In this document: positions 1 through 12,931 of the stretch, in pieces
Layout of the letters: every line of letters begins with the position of its first letter
How positions within the stretch are numbered: the stretch's first letter is position 1
Source: Octopus sinensis
Taxonomy: Eukaryota
Reading direction: 5' to 3'
NCBI RefSeq assembly: GCF_006345805.1
Contig: NC_043003.1
Coordinates: 55,800,001-55,864,000, forward strand
Length of the DNA: 64,000 nt
Notes under the pieces: generated by a model
Databases searched by the model: none
Told to the model about the DNA's origin: nothing
The model's input: the letters and a program-made list of their open reading frames with translations, nothing else
Program-made: the position numbers and the translations under genes

Positions 1-966
1 ACATTCACACAATACAGATACATACATTCATGCATGTTTGTATTGCATGTATATATATATACATGAGTGCATGCGTGCATATATGTATACATGCATGTAT
101 GCATGCATGTATATATGTATGCATCTATATTAAATGACACAAACAGGAGACACCTACATTCAGCACTCCGAATTTAGACTCGCTATCGTTACTCAGATGC
201 GGTAACAAATGTTCAGTGCTTAAATTATTACTTAAAACATGTTAATCTATTTTAGCCACATTGGGGGCCTACTATTTCTGTTATTACATAGATGTTTCCT
301 CCTGCTACGAGACATCCGTAATTAATATAGTATGAAACAAGAGGCCGATACGACTTGTCCTACCAAAATGCAAGCATATTACTAAGCAGCGTGTTTCGCA
401 AAAGAACTGCACTTATGGATTTATACAAGATTGATTATTCCAAGAAGATTCTATTCTCATTAAACAGGGAAAGCTTGTTAAACAGGGAAAGCTGAGGGAC
501 CGAAGCGAGAATCAAATAAACTGCATTGAATGTTATCTAGAAACTCTAAATTCTGAAGGTACGTGTTCCATAATTGTGCTACTTATTAAATCCAGTCGTC
601 TATATCCACCGAAATATAGGTCTATCACCTCTCTTGCTACAACACGTAGTTTTCCTGATAACATAACAGCATACATCTAAAAAATCTTTTTAAAGCCAAA
701 ACAATGCAAATTATAAACATTAATAATACAGTTCGATGGTTTGTGCGCTTCAAAAGAATTTTTAAATATCTATATATTGATAACAGCTAAAAAGCTAGAA
801 GCAGTACATCTGGTTTGCCGACAGTGAGGCAGCACAGTGCAGATAGGGTGTTATTCTTCACGGTAACTGCAGTGAAGCTACCTTTAAATGTTGAAATATA
901 TCATAAACATAGTTTAACTAACCTCGCCCGCAAATGCGAGAAGACACAGTTTTATATGTATATATA

Positions 967-1348
967 CTAGCAGTATCGCCCGGCGTTGCTCAGGTTTGTA
1001 AGGGAAATAACTATAAAGCATTTTTAGAGAGTTATAGCCAAAAAATAGCAAAAAAATGGAAAAAAATGATGGTCAATTTTTTTTGAGATTTAAAAAAGGT
1101 GGAGTTGCGTCCCCTAGACAGTTTGGGGTTCGTGTTTCTGATTCTCGACCCCATGTCGAATTTATCGATTTTTTTCAGAACTGGGGGAACTTTTCAAAAT
1201 TTTCGCTGCGTTAGTTTTGAATTATGACATTGAGCTATGTGTGTGTCAAGTTTCATCAGAATCGGTTGAAAGCCGTGGTCAGGGTGAGGGTACAAGCAAA
1301 CAGACACACAGAAACACACACAGACAAACTGCCGTTTATATATAGAGA
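967..1348 (-). mobile_element. Non-autonomous Helitron (~380 bp) with intact termini
   Basis: The minus strand starts A|TCTCTATATATAAACGGCAG and ends CCTGAGCAACGCCGGGCGATACTGCTAG|T. That gives a 5' TC, a GC-rich subterminal hairpin and a 3' CTAG, inserted between A and T with no TSD, which are the canonical Helitron hallmarks. Confidence 0.8.
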
Positions 1349-2128
1349 TATATATATATATACATACATACACACACACACACATACGCAGTAATTCCTC
1401 GCCATATCTCGGTTCACCTATATCGTGGTTCACTTATTGCGACTTATGATTTAGCTTACGTCGATTTCTCTATTGTGTTCTTCTACATTTATAAGAAATA
1501 AATATATACAAATAAATATACACAAAATAATAAAACAAGTAAACAATATAGTAGTGTTTCTACCTCTTGGATTTCCACCTATCGAGAGGGTTTTGGAACA
1601 TAACACCCGGGGTTGTCGAAGAATCATTATATGCCCTTAGGCATGGCTTAATGGTTAGAGGCTTGCTTCCAAAACATGTGCTCATAGGTACTGTGTTCAC
1701 GTTCCCTTTCCTTGTTGCTTTGCAAAAATGAACGGTAAAATAAGCCATAGATTTTAGAAAAATAAGTACTGGAGGTTGAGTTATTCAACTACATCCTTCG
1801 TGTGATAAAATATAGCAGACATTGCTTCCCGAAATCCACCGTATTTTTCCCCATCTAACACTCTCTCCCCTTCTCTGTCCCTCTATCTGAATGTACACAT
1901 ATGGGTGTGTGTGCGTGTGTATATAAGCATTTATATATATATATATATAACTCACTCTTACTCTCATCTTTCTTAACTAATTAAATAATGGCTTCCTAGC
2001 GCAAAAGACAAGACACACTTCTTATTGTTATTTTTCCGCCCTTTTCTATGAAAAAATACACACATTTACACATACACAGACACACACACACATACACACA
2101 CACATACACATACACACATACATATATA

Positions 2129-2169
<41 letters not shown>

Positions 2170-2332
2170 CATACATATAAAGACAGATTGATACATGTAT
2201 GCCCACAGACACGCAAGCGCGCGCACACACACACACACACATATACATATATCATCTCGATACAACGGCAAACAATTCACGAGGAAAATTATTCCCCAAA
2301 ATTTATAAATATAAATTCCTGAAACATTAATT

Positions 2333-2334
<2 letters not shown>

Positions 2335-2365
<31 letters not shown>

Positions 2366-2397
2366 ATTATAAAATTCCCGAAAAATTCATTTATATA

Positions 2398-2458
<61 letters not shown>

Positions 2459-2470
2459 CTGGATTACCTT

Positions 2471-2505
<35 letters not shown>

Positions 2506-2507
2506 CT

Positions 2508-2583
<76 letters not shown>

Positions 2584-2590
2584 TATACTT
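2335..2590. repeat. (TA)n microsatellite tract, one of dozens in the window
   Basis: Read directly. Similar long tracts lie at ~7720-7760, 9080-9160, 31915-32200, 38620-38695, 40700-40850, 52425-52510, 52930-53220 and 57545-57625. Confidence 0.95.
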
Positions 2591-2713
2591 ATATGCATAT
2601 ATGTATATAAAAATGAATCATTATTTATGGCTTCATATATTCATTTCTTCATAAATAACAAGACCCCCTACGCCTGTATAACTGTATATTTTTAAGTAAT
2701 CATTATATATTCC

Positions 2714-2749
<36 letters not shown>

Positions 2750-3339
2750 TAATTCCTTTTCATTTTTCATCTACTTCTTAGCTTCATACTACTTCATATA
2801 CCTTTGTTATAAATTTGCATTGTAACTCCACTTCTTACATGTTTTCCTCCACTTTGATGATATTGTCTTATATTCTCTTTTAACATATTTCAAATATTTC
2901 AAATATGTTATTCTCCATCTTAGCTTAATTTTATTTCACTCTTCCAATCTCCCACATTTATTTTATTCTCTTATAAGTTTTCCGAGCAAAATATATCTTA
3001 ATACTGCATTTTAATTGTCATCATATACTTAGGCAATATAACACACGTATGTTATATTTTATTTTAGTTCTTTACTCTCGCTAACAATCGCTGTCACCTG
3101 ATGTCGTCTTTTCAGTCTCAACAATATCACCAAGCTACATTATAAAATAGAAATTTCGGTACATAATTGATTGTCACATTCTAGCTTCGAACATTATCAA
3201 AAATTGGAGAATTATTTCCTTTCCATATAATCCCCAGGATTAAATTCTAATAATTCTTCTCTCAAAACCTTATTGTTTTCTATGCAAAATTTTATTAATA
3301 TCTATTGCGTAAAACAGAGCTATATAATTTTTCCTGTTT

Positions 3340-3860
3340 ACCAGCTCCTCTTCCCCCTCCCTCTCCTTTTCTTTCTCTTCCTCCTCTTCCCACTCCTCGT
3401 TCTCCTCTTCCTCTTCCTCCTTCTCTTCCAGGTCCTCTTCCTCGTCCCATTCCTCGTCCCATTTCTCGTCCTCTTACTCGTCCTCTTCCCGCTCCTCTTA
3501 CTCGTCCTCTACTTCCTCATCTTCCTCCTCCTCCGCTTCGTCTTCCTCCTCTTCCTCGTCCTGTTCCTCCTCCCCTCTTCCTCCTCTTCCTCGTCCACTT
3601 TCTAATCCACTTTCTCGTCCTCTACTTCCTCCTCTTCCGCGTCCTCTTAATTATTCCCTTCCTCGTCCCCTTCCTAATCCTCTTCCCCGTCCACTTCCCC
3701 CTCCCCTTCCGCGTTCTGCTACGCATCCTCTTCCTCCTCATCTTCCTTCTCCGCTTCCTCCTCCTCCTCCTCCTCTTCCACGTCCATTTCCTCGTCATCT
3801 TCTTCCACTTCCTCCTCCTCCTCATCATCATCATCATCATTATCATCGTTATCATCATTA
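3340..3860. repeat. Cryptic (CCT/CTT/CGT)n low-complexity tract ending in (CAT)n
   Basis: Pyrimidine-rich degenerate trinucleotide repeat. The minus-strand Glu/Asp-type frame is interrupted by TAG codons and frame slips. Confidence 0.85.
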
Positions 3861-3869
3861 TCAGTTTAC

Positions 3870-4420
3870 GCCTCAAAGCTCCCAGTCTTACTTACTTGTT
3901 CTTGTTGATCCTGTGAGATGTCTTACACGGTCTCTTTTCGCAAATTATTAACTTTGATATCTGGATGTTAACTTATTGTAGAAAACACTCAACACCCAAG
4001 CATCAATCTCAAAATCCTCGGTGACCCCCAAAGCGCAGATTTTGGGGCCTGTTTTTCCCTCATGTCAATTACAATTTCTCCAACATATTTCTCGAACCTG
4101 GTTATTAACGATGAAAGTGCCCCTACAAGTACTGGGGTGACAGTTACTCCCTTCTTTGTCCATATTTGTGCAATTTCGTTTTTTAATAATTTGTATTTCT
4201 CCATCTTTTCCAGTTCTTTGATACCCACACCTGCATCCTCGATCTTGGTTTCCATCTACTTTTTTTTATCCACCACAACCATGTCTTGTCACCGAGCATC
4301 AATTAGGGAGCCACAATGGATGGTAGAATCCAACAGGATCTATATTCATTGTATTCACTGACACCCTCTATTTCATGATAATACCATTTCCGGGCTGTAC
4401 CCAGACCGTACATTTAACAC
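3870..4420 (-). mobile_element. 3' end of an RLE-type (R4/Dong-like) non-LTR retrotransposon: restriction-like endonuclease C-terminus plus 3' UTR
   Basis: ORF 3989-4255 reads KELEKMEKYKLLKNEIAQIWTKKGVTVTPVLVGALSS...KSALWGSPRILRLML. This fits the EK..KY..L..EI..LW...V.V.PVVIGALG...QK..LLG..RILR pattern of RLE domains. It is flanked by (GAT/AAT)n repeats. Confidence 0.8.
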
Positions 4421-4489
4421 AGTCTCTAGTGCTTTTGTGGTCAACCGCTACGCTCACTCACAATATATGAGTTTGTTATGTTTTAAGTT

Positions 4490-4534
4490 TTATTATTATT
4501 ATTATTATATTATTATTATTATTATTATTATATT

Positions 4535-4570
<36 letters not shown>

Positions 4571-4730
4571 GACATCATCGTCATCATCATCATCATCATC
4601 GTCATCATCGTCATCATCGTCATCATCATCATCGTCATCATCGTCATCATCGTCATCATCATCATCATCATCATCATCATCGTCACTATCGTCATCATCA
4701 TCATCGTCATTATTATTATTATTATTATCA
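4490..4730. repeat. Compound (ATT)n/(ATC)n/(GTC) microsatellite
   Basis: Read directly; it is the source of the poly-Ser and poly-Met ORFs. Confidence 0.95.
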
Positions 4731-5461
4731 ATTTTTTAAACTTCCTTCTCTTTTGCTGCTGCTACAGATGATGACAATGATAATGGTAATGTCACTTCGC
4801 CTCCTCGTACAGCAACAACAAAAAACACAACAACAACAACAACATGAATTAATACTACTATTACTATTACTACTACTACTGCTACCAACAGCATCCTTCC
4901 CCTTCATCCTTCTGCACTCAAATACACTCTTAAGATTTATTTATATTTCTGAATCCAAATTTTTACAAAAGAACTTCTACTACATTTCAAGAAATGCATG
5001 CAAGCCACGCCTACCAGGCACACATTATACTCCACTCACACACTGGATCTATTCATACAACCAGTACCTAAATATATAGAGCTTGCAACATGATGAAGCT
5101 AGTCACCAAAGATATTATGAAATCAATCATCGTTTTTTTTTCTAAATACACATGCACGTACGCACAACACATGCACACACACACAACACATGCACACACG
5201 TCTCCACACACAGAGGCATACACATAAACACACTCACGACACATGCACACACGTCTCCACGCACAGAGGCATACACATAAACACACTCACACACATACAC
5301 AAAGACGCGCATGCATGCAGTAGTGTTAAACGCCCTTGTTTAACCTCAATTTTGCCCCATATCAGAGGACCTATCACCATAGTCATTTCGGCAGAAACAA
5401 AAGTGTTATTATCTACAGATACATTGTTTATTTTGTCCTTGACGCAAGATATGATTTGGAT

Positions 5462-5692
5462 GGCCGGCGAGCTGGCAGAATCATTGGCACGACGGGCGAA
5501 ATACTTAGCAGTATTTCGTCTGCCGCTACGTTCTGAGTTCAAATTTCGCCGAGGTCGACTTTGCCTTTTATCCTTTCGGGTTCGATTAAATAAGGACCAG
5601 TTATGCACTGGAGTTGATATAATCGACTTAATCCGTGTGTCTGCCCTTGTTTGTCCCCTCTGTGTATAGCCCCTTGTGGGCAGTAAAGAAAT
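5462..5692 (+). mobile_element. tRNA-derived SINE, family S1 (near full length)
   Basis: Head GGCGAGCTGGCAGAATC...TTCTGAGTTCAAAT (A/B-box-like), body GAGGTCGACTTTGCCTTT.ATCCTTTCGGG, tail TTGTGGGCAGTAAAGAAAT. It matches the reverse complement of 50280-50509. Confidence 0.8.
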
Positions 5693-6589
5693 TGGCATTA
5701 AACTTATATTTTTTGCAGACCAAGTGACTCTTTGAAGACTCACTTCCTGGGTCACATTAAATTTATCTTATCTTGTTTTTGCTGTTGGTGCTGTTATTGA
5801 TATTGTTGTTTTCGAAGTTACTTGGTCTCAATTCAGCACCGTTTGAGCAGACGTGGGATGAAATATTTTCCATTCAGGACCAAACACAGTACCTTTCTTT
5901 AAGTAAGTGCACGTTCAACTACAGTATTGAATGTGTTCTATTGTTAAATCAGTTGGGTGTTACTTTTGAGAAATTTATCTGTTACATTCTGGTAATGTGA
6001 CAACTATGCAATTCTGAACTGTTGGCACTGCATGGATCTATGGTTCAATGATAAAATAAATATACGAATTTAACGTGAATATAGATATGAAAACAATGGA
6101 AAGGAGTCCGTTGCAGTCTGAGTAACATTTTCCAAAACTAGTGAAGATAAAGAAAAAAGTTAGATCTAGACGGCAAATCTGGCACAAATGATTGCATCAG
6201 CATCCACTTTGCTAAATCTGTCAATCATTCGAAAAAAGCAACGGTGTCTTTGGCAGTTCTGTATCTATTTTATAAAGTATTTGTCGAGGATGCCGTACAG
6301 TGACATCGAAACGTTAAATTGTTAGTTGCGAATCGAACCTCTAACATTGAAGAACTGTTACTGCAAACGATACAAAGATAGTTAAATGAAAAAAGGAGCG
6401 AGGTGAGTGACAGAGAGAGGGGGAGAAAGAGGGAGGGAGAGAAAGAGAACCCAAGAGTCGATAGGTGAGTGAAGATTGCAAGTGATTTGAAGGATTTTGG
6501 AGTTAATAGCAGGTCAAGTGATGAGATAGGATCTTCTCTTCGATAGCTAGCTAGCAGCAGTAGCAGCAACAAATACAGCGAGGGCCGTG

Positions 6590-6649
6590 GTAGTGGTGGT
6601 GGTGATGGCGGTGGTGGTGGTAGTAGTAGTAGTAGTAGTGGTGGTAGTT

Positions 6650-6707
<58 letters not shown>

Positions 6708-6710
6708 ATA
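6590..6710. repeat. (GGT)n/(AGT)n compound microsatellite
   Basis: Read directly. Confidence 0.9.
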
Positions 6711-7722
6711 TTGTTTAAAGATGTATCGAAGAGGCAGGTACGGGCAGATGAAGAAATAAAATAAGAATAAATAAAAAAAAGAAAAGAAAGAAAGACAGAA
6801 AGAATGAAAGAAAGAAGGAAAGAATAAAAGAAATGAGAGGAAAATGGAAAGAATCGAGAGGAGCTGGTGAAATATTCAAATAAGCAGATAAGGATTGACA
6901 AAAATATCACTGTGATATTTTTGAAATTATTTTTCTCCGTTTTTTTTTTTTTTGGTGGATGTGCTTTATTATTATTTGTTTTTTTCTTGCATATCTGAAA
7001 GCATAGAAAAGGATGAAGATGAATTATTTGATGTACTGGGACGGACGAATGAATTAGTGGAATGAAGACAGTTATCGATAGGAGATTGATGACCGAATGA
7101 CATTTTAGTAGAACATTGGACATTTATCATGTAGGCTCAGCTGGGTGCAACCAGAAAACATTACCGGAGGTAGAATGGTGCAAATTTGAGAGAGAGAGAA
7201 AGAGAAGAAGAGTTACAAAGAAAGAGAGAGATATACGTAGAGGAGAGAGAGAGAGAGAGTCAGAGAAAAACTGAGAGCGGCAGGGAGGGGAAGGAAATAA
7301 CGTATCGGCTTCACACATCATATTTTTGGCACGATTGCCAACTGCCACCTGTACAAATTATGTTTACGTCACGTTTTAACACACATCTTCCATATTAACT
7401 ATGTGATTCACAACTGAGCTGTTTAGCAAGAGATCGCATGTGTCGTCAACAAGACGCCACATAACTACAACTCACGACAATATCTCTATACATACACACG
7501 TAAATATACATGGATATATATATATATATAAATACATACAGTCTAACACCAATATGTATGCGCATTTATATGTATGTATGTGTGTGTGTTTATATATATA
7601 TATAAATATAATCATAAACTCAGGAGATATGAAAGGTTAATATATATTTATATAAACGCGTGACTTCCACAACGATAACAGTCGCAAGATTCTTCCAGTC
7701 TACATCTTATATCACTCATTTA

Positions 7723-7757
<35 letters not shown>

Positions 7758-8421
7758 AGTATGTATATACTTATACATATATGGATACATTCCCACATAC
7801 ATTCACACACATAAAAATAATATATATGCATATATATATATATGTACATGAAGATGCACACACAGACACATAGTCTCACACACACACACACGCATACGTG
7901 TACATGTATGTCCGCACATGTTTCGTTGTGTGTTTGTGTGTCAGTATATGTACACATTTGAGTTAATATAATCTATCTGTTGAGTTGAAAATCCCACCGT
8001 GGTGTACTTTGAGCTTCACTGTTTCCGGGTCGGTAATAAAAAAGATAATAACAGTCAAGCGTTGACGATCACATATAATCGTGTATTTCTCTCTTTCAAA
8101 AAAATATGTGGCTGTGTGTCTTTTCGTATGTATCTACCTGTCTGTCCATCTGTCTGCCTATCTATCAATCTATTTATCTATCTATATATCTATCCAGTGA
8201 AGAAGTTCGATGCAAGAAATATTTTCCACGTGGTGAATTGTATTGAAACATATAAAAGGAGGGAAATTTATAGAATTTATGTGTATGTGTATATATATAT
8301 ATATGTGTGAGTATATATGTATGTATGTATGCATGTATATATGTATGCATGTATGTATGTATGTATGTATGTATGTATGTATGTATGTATGTATGTATGT
8401 AGTATGTATGTATGTACCTTT

Positions 8422-8810
8422 CCTTTTATCTTTTACTTGTTTCAGTCATTGATTGCGACCTTGCCGGGGCACCACCTTGAAAGGCTTTTAATTGAAATAC
8501 TCGACTCCAGAACTTTCTTTTTTAATACTTGGTACTTATTCTATCAGTATCTTTTTGCTAAGTTACATAAACAAACCAAATCTTGTTGTTAAGCGGTCGT
8601 GGGGCACAACCATGGGCATGAAGATACATAAACTTAGATATATACACATATATAATAACGACAAGCTTCTTTCAGTTTCCATCTAACAAATTCACTCACA
8701 AGACTTTCGTGGTACCGACGTTCAAGTGGAAGACACATGCCTAAGATGCCACTCAGTAGGTCTGAACCTGGAACCATGTGATTGGTAAGTAAGCTTCTTA
8801 CCACACAGCT
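8422..8810 (-). mobile_element. tRNA-derived SINE, family S2 (diverged, near full length)
   Basis: Reverse complement of the 33134-33506 element. Tail TTTTACTTGTTTCAGTCATT at the left end and head ...GGAACCATGTGATTGGTAAGTAAGCTTCTTACCACACAGC at the right end. Confidence 0.75.
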
Positions 8811-9101
8811 TCGGCGTGTCTAATCATCACAAAGAAATTTGTGATAATACGCCAATTTTATGCTACCATAAAAAGTTTTCATCCCATGTCAGTAAGACAA
8901 AGAGAAATACTATTTGGCAAATGAATGAAGGGGAGGCAATTAGTGATTTTTTTCATTAGCAACAGGGAAGAAATTTACCTCTTTTGTTAAGGTGAAGAAT
9001 TTACAAGTTTCTGAATTAAAATAGTCCTAATTTGACTATGCGTTCATATTCATACAAGATTGATATTGTCCAACAAATCTAGTCTCTTGATATATACATA
9101 C

Positions 9102-9156
<55 letters not shown>

Positions 9157-9754
9157 ATATGTGTGGTGTGTGTGTGTGTGTTGTGTGTGTGTGTGTGAAT
9201 GTATGTATGTATGTATAAATCAGTCCTCTCTTCTTGTTTTCAATTCGACCAGACTAATACACTCCCTATTTCTAGGTCATTTTAAATACAAATATTTGAC
9301 TCTGAAGCACTGCATATAAATTTCCTACAAGAAATGACAAAGTTTCAAAATCTGATGGATCTCAACCATAAGGGGATCTTATTTGCTTATAAATTCTATA
9401 TTTGGAAGGACTCCTATTAAACTCCGTTGAACTTTTGGATTTTACTCAAAGGATATTGGAATGTTACATATATACCATTATGCCTATAAAACGGATTCAC
9501 AACGTCAATAGCCATACATATATTGCATCTATTTTCTTTCCTCCACCTCACTCTCTATTTTGTATCACATCTAAACTATGACTTAACTTTTTCTCTCACA
9601 CCGTCTCCGATGAACGGATGTTATTAATTAATATCCTAGAAACAGCTGTAAGACCTTCTATCTATAAATGGTCTAATATCTATACAGCCTGGTTGTTTTA
9701 TCTTATTACGCAAAAAATTCCTATATATATATGTATATATATATATATATATAT

Positions 9755-9790
<36 letters not shown>

Positions 9791-9791
9791 T

Positions 9792-9982
9792 AAGGGAGAA
9801 TTCGAAACAGAAGAAAAGACGAAAACAAGTGGTGTAAGCAACAAACATATGTATTAGTATAACGATAGCGAAGTGAAAAAGTCTTTAACGTTTCGTGCCT
9901 ACGCTCTTTCACGGAATGGAACAAAGAAAGAAACAAGGAGAGAAAATAAAGAATATGTAGTAGCTAGCGATCTATCATGGCG
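9792..9982 (-). mobile_element. ~190-bp HHR-bearing repeat (family B; solo PLE pLTR or retrozyme-like) embedded in (TA)n
   Basis: Its reverse complement aligns along its length with 51911-52092. It contains CCGTGAAA-GAGC-GTAG-GCAC-GAAACGTT-AAAGA (9882-9918). Confidence 0.7.
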
Positions 9983-11081
9983 AATATATATATATGTATA
10001 TATATATATGCTCAGCTAATACGACTAGGAAGAAATAATGCAAATGAAAGCTCCAATGAACGCTGCATTGCTGTCTAAGAATATCACATACCATGTAAAG
10101 TGACATCAATGTATGCTAGATCGTTTTGGCGTATGTCAACTAAGCTTCTTTTCAATCATTTTACCATTTTATTATTTTCTTTCTAACAGTAATGAAGATG
10201 GGTTAAGATAAAAGAGCAAATTTAATATGTTTGATTAAATGTACAAAGAGAATAGATTGAATTATAAACAGTACCAAACTCATTATTTTTTTTAATATTC
10301 TTACATTATTCTCCTAATTTATGAATGTGGTACTAGTATTTAATGTATGTTCCTGCAAAACACGGAATTTACACAGAATATGGGATTTGGTTATACAAGT
10401 GCAAATGAATATACATTTTCATATGACTTTGAACTTTGAACTCCTTTTTATTCTTTTTTTCATTGATGACCACAGCCTCTCTTATTTTCTTAACCTCCCC
10501 ATCCTACTTGCTAAAACTGACGTCTTGAAAGGTCACCAGGAATTATGAGAAAAGGTGGTTTATTTACAAATATGTAGATAAGTATACAATGGGAAAGAAA
10601 AGAAAGGAAAGGGAAGAAAGAAATGAAAAAGGATTTGTATTGATATTTCAATGGCTTGACCACATCAAATTGAAAAGAAACTTCTCTCTCACTCCTTTAC
10701 CCATCCTATATTATTTTATCCTCTTTCTGCAGCGACCTCTCTCTGTCTATTTTCTCCAGCCCTCTTTGCTTCTTTTTCTGCCTTTCCCCCTTTTTCCAAA
10801 AAAAAAAAAAAATATATATATATATTTTTCTCTTCTTGTAAACAATGAAAAGAACATTTGATTCATATAAATACAAAACGAAACGTTCTGTTTTTTGCCA
10901 TTTTTCTTTCGTCTTCATGGGTTCGATAAACTAATGAAAGGGCAAATAAAGAATTATCCAAAATTCTGACTGCCTCTTTTTCTCAATATGCAATATCTAT
11001 ACACCACTTCAAACTCTCTATACATATATATATACGGGGGTGTTCGTGTGTTTTGTGTTGTGTGTGTGTATGTGTGTGTGC

Positions 11082-11121
<40 letters not shown>

Positions 11122-11262
11122 CTGAATTGAGAGGGGAATAACTATTATCTTTTGAACTTTATTAGCTCTTTCTGCTATACGATGCTGTGGACTCATTCTT
11201 GAATACCTGACTAGCATCTTTTAGCATTATCGGAACCTGTACATATCTATCTATCTATCTGT

Positions 11263-11327
<65 letters not shown>

Positions 11328-12281
11328 GATATATATGTATATATAGGGCGTATATGTGGGGACGTGTAAGTGGCGTGTATGTTTGTGTGTGTATGTGTGT
11401 CTCTGTCTGTTTGTCTGTTTGTGCTTGTGGTAAAGACTGTGCTGTACAATTGTGATGTAAATACAGTGTTTTTGCGTGAACGTATTATAAGTGAAGGCAT
11501 TATTATCACATTGATAATGTTAAAATGAAAACGTCACATTGATAATACAATGGGATTTTTTTACGTACGTAATAACGTTAGACACACAGCAAATCGTTTG
11601 ACTCACTAGATATAACAGCAGAATATCCTTAAGTTTACATCCTATCGTAAACAGAAATGTAGAAAATGAATATCAGATTGACTTAACTGTTCAATGGCGG
11701 AGATGATATTCTCGACTAAAACCCTTGAAAGTGGTGCCCTAGCTTTGCCAACCACCGCCCAATACCTGAAACTACTAAAAGAACACACCATAAAAATATA
11801 GTAAAAGAATATAATGAAAATAACAATGAAAACTAAAGCAAATATTAATGTAGAAGGAACTATTGTTATACGGTTCATATTGCAATCCTAGTGAAATGAA
11901 ATGAAGTGAAGTGTTTCTCTTGTAACACTGCAAAAACGGTCAATGTTTGCGTAGGTGGTGAAGGAGGCCGTAGAGAGGGAAGTTTAAGAATAACAAACAA
12001 GTGCACGACACCCGAGACGTTGAGGTTAGTTTATTGTTCCTCTGACTTGTTGTTGAAATGTTGTTGGATAGAGAGGAAAAAAAATCTGAATAGAGAAGTG
12101 CGTGGGGGAAACGAAGAGCCGGAAATTGGACTGGACAAATGATGTAGAGAACTATAGATGAATACACTATTAAACTTAAGCAAGCGTAAATATATGTGTG
12201 TGAACTCACACGTGAGATAAGCACACGCCTTTGCTATTTTATATATGTGTGTGTATACATAAAGACATACACACTTTTATG

Positions 12282-12331
<50 letters not shown>

Positions 12332-12884
12332 TACATACATACATACATGCATACATACATACATACATACATACAGCACAAAAACAGACAGAGATTCCCA
12401 AACACATATAAGCATACAAACACATTGAGACAAAACACTCGTAAATACACATAGACATGTACTGATTCATACATAGGCATACGCCATTTAATGGACGTGG
12501 TGGAATTGTGTGGTTAGTGACAAATATCTGTAAACGCACACATTGGTTAAATGTAATGATTACATGCCAAACGTGTTCTAAGTTATTCTCACTCATATAC
12601 TCAAATATACAAAAAAATCACATACACACACTTACAATATATTGAATGCGATTGTGAACATATACACACGAGTAATGAGATTGTTATGTGTGTGAGTTGT
12701 TTGTATGCTTGTGTGTATATTTTTCTGTGTACATGTGTGTGTGTGTGTGTGTGTGTATGAACAAAACCACAGTTACAGATATAAACAGGCTTTAGTGTCA
12801 TGAAGAAGTACATGCATACACAAACATAAATACATTCATACATACATACATACATACATATATATATATATATTATATATATAT

Positions 12885-12931
<47 letters not shown>

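Noticed and set aside
2780-3335. Non-repetitive-looking block that might be a decayed PLE or LINE
   Set aside because: All frames contain many stops and I could not anchor a convincing motif; left unannotated pending a search.
3340-3860. Possible acidic (Glu/Asp-rich) protein exon on the minus strand, or Pro-rich protein on the plus strand
   Set aside because: In-frame TAG codons and frame slips break the acidic frame. The plus-strand ORFs are by-products of the same simple repeat.
6300-7130. Possible promoter or 5' UTR region (purine-rich, with triplet repeats)
   Set aside because: No diagnostic motif or downstream coding exon; cannot be supported from sequence alone.
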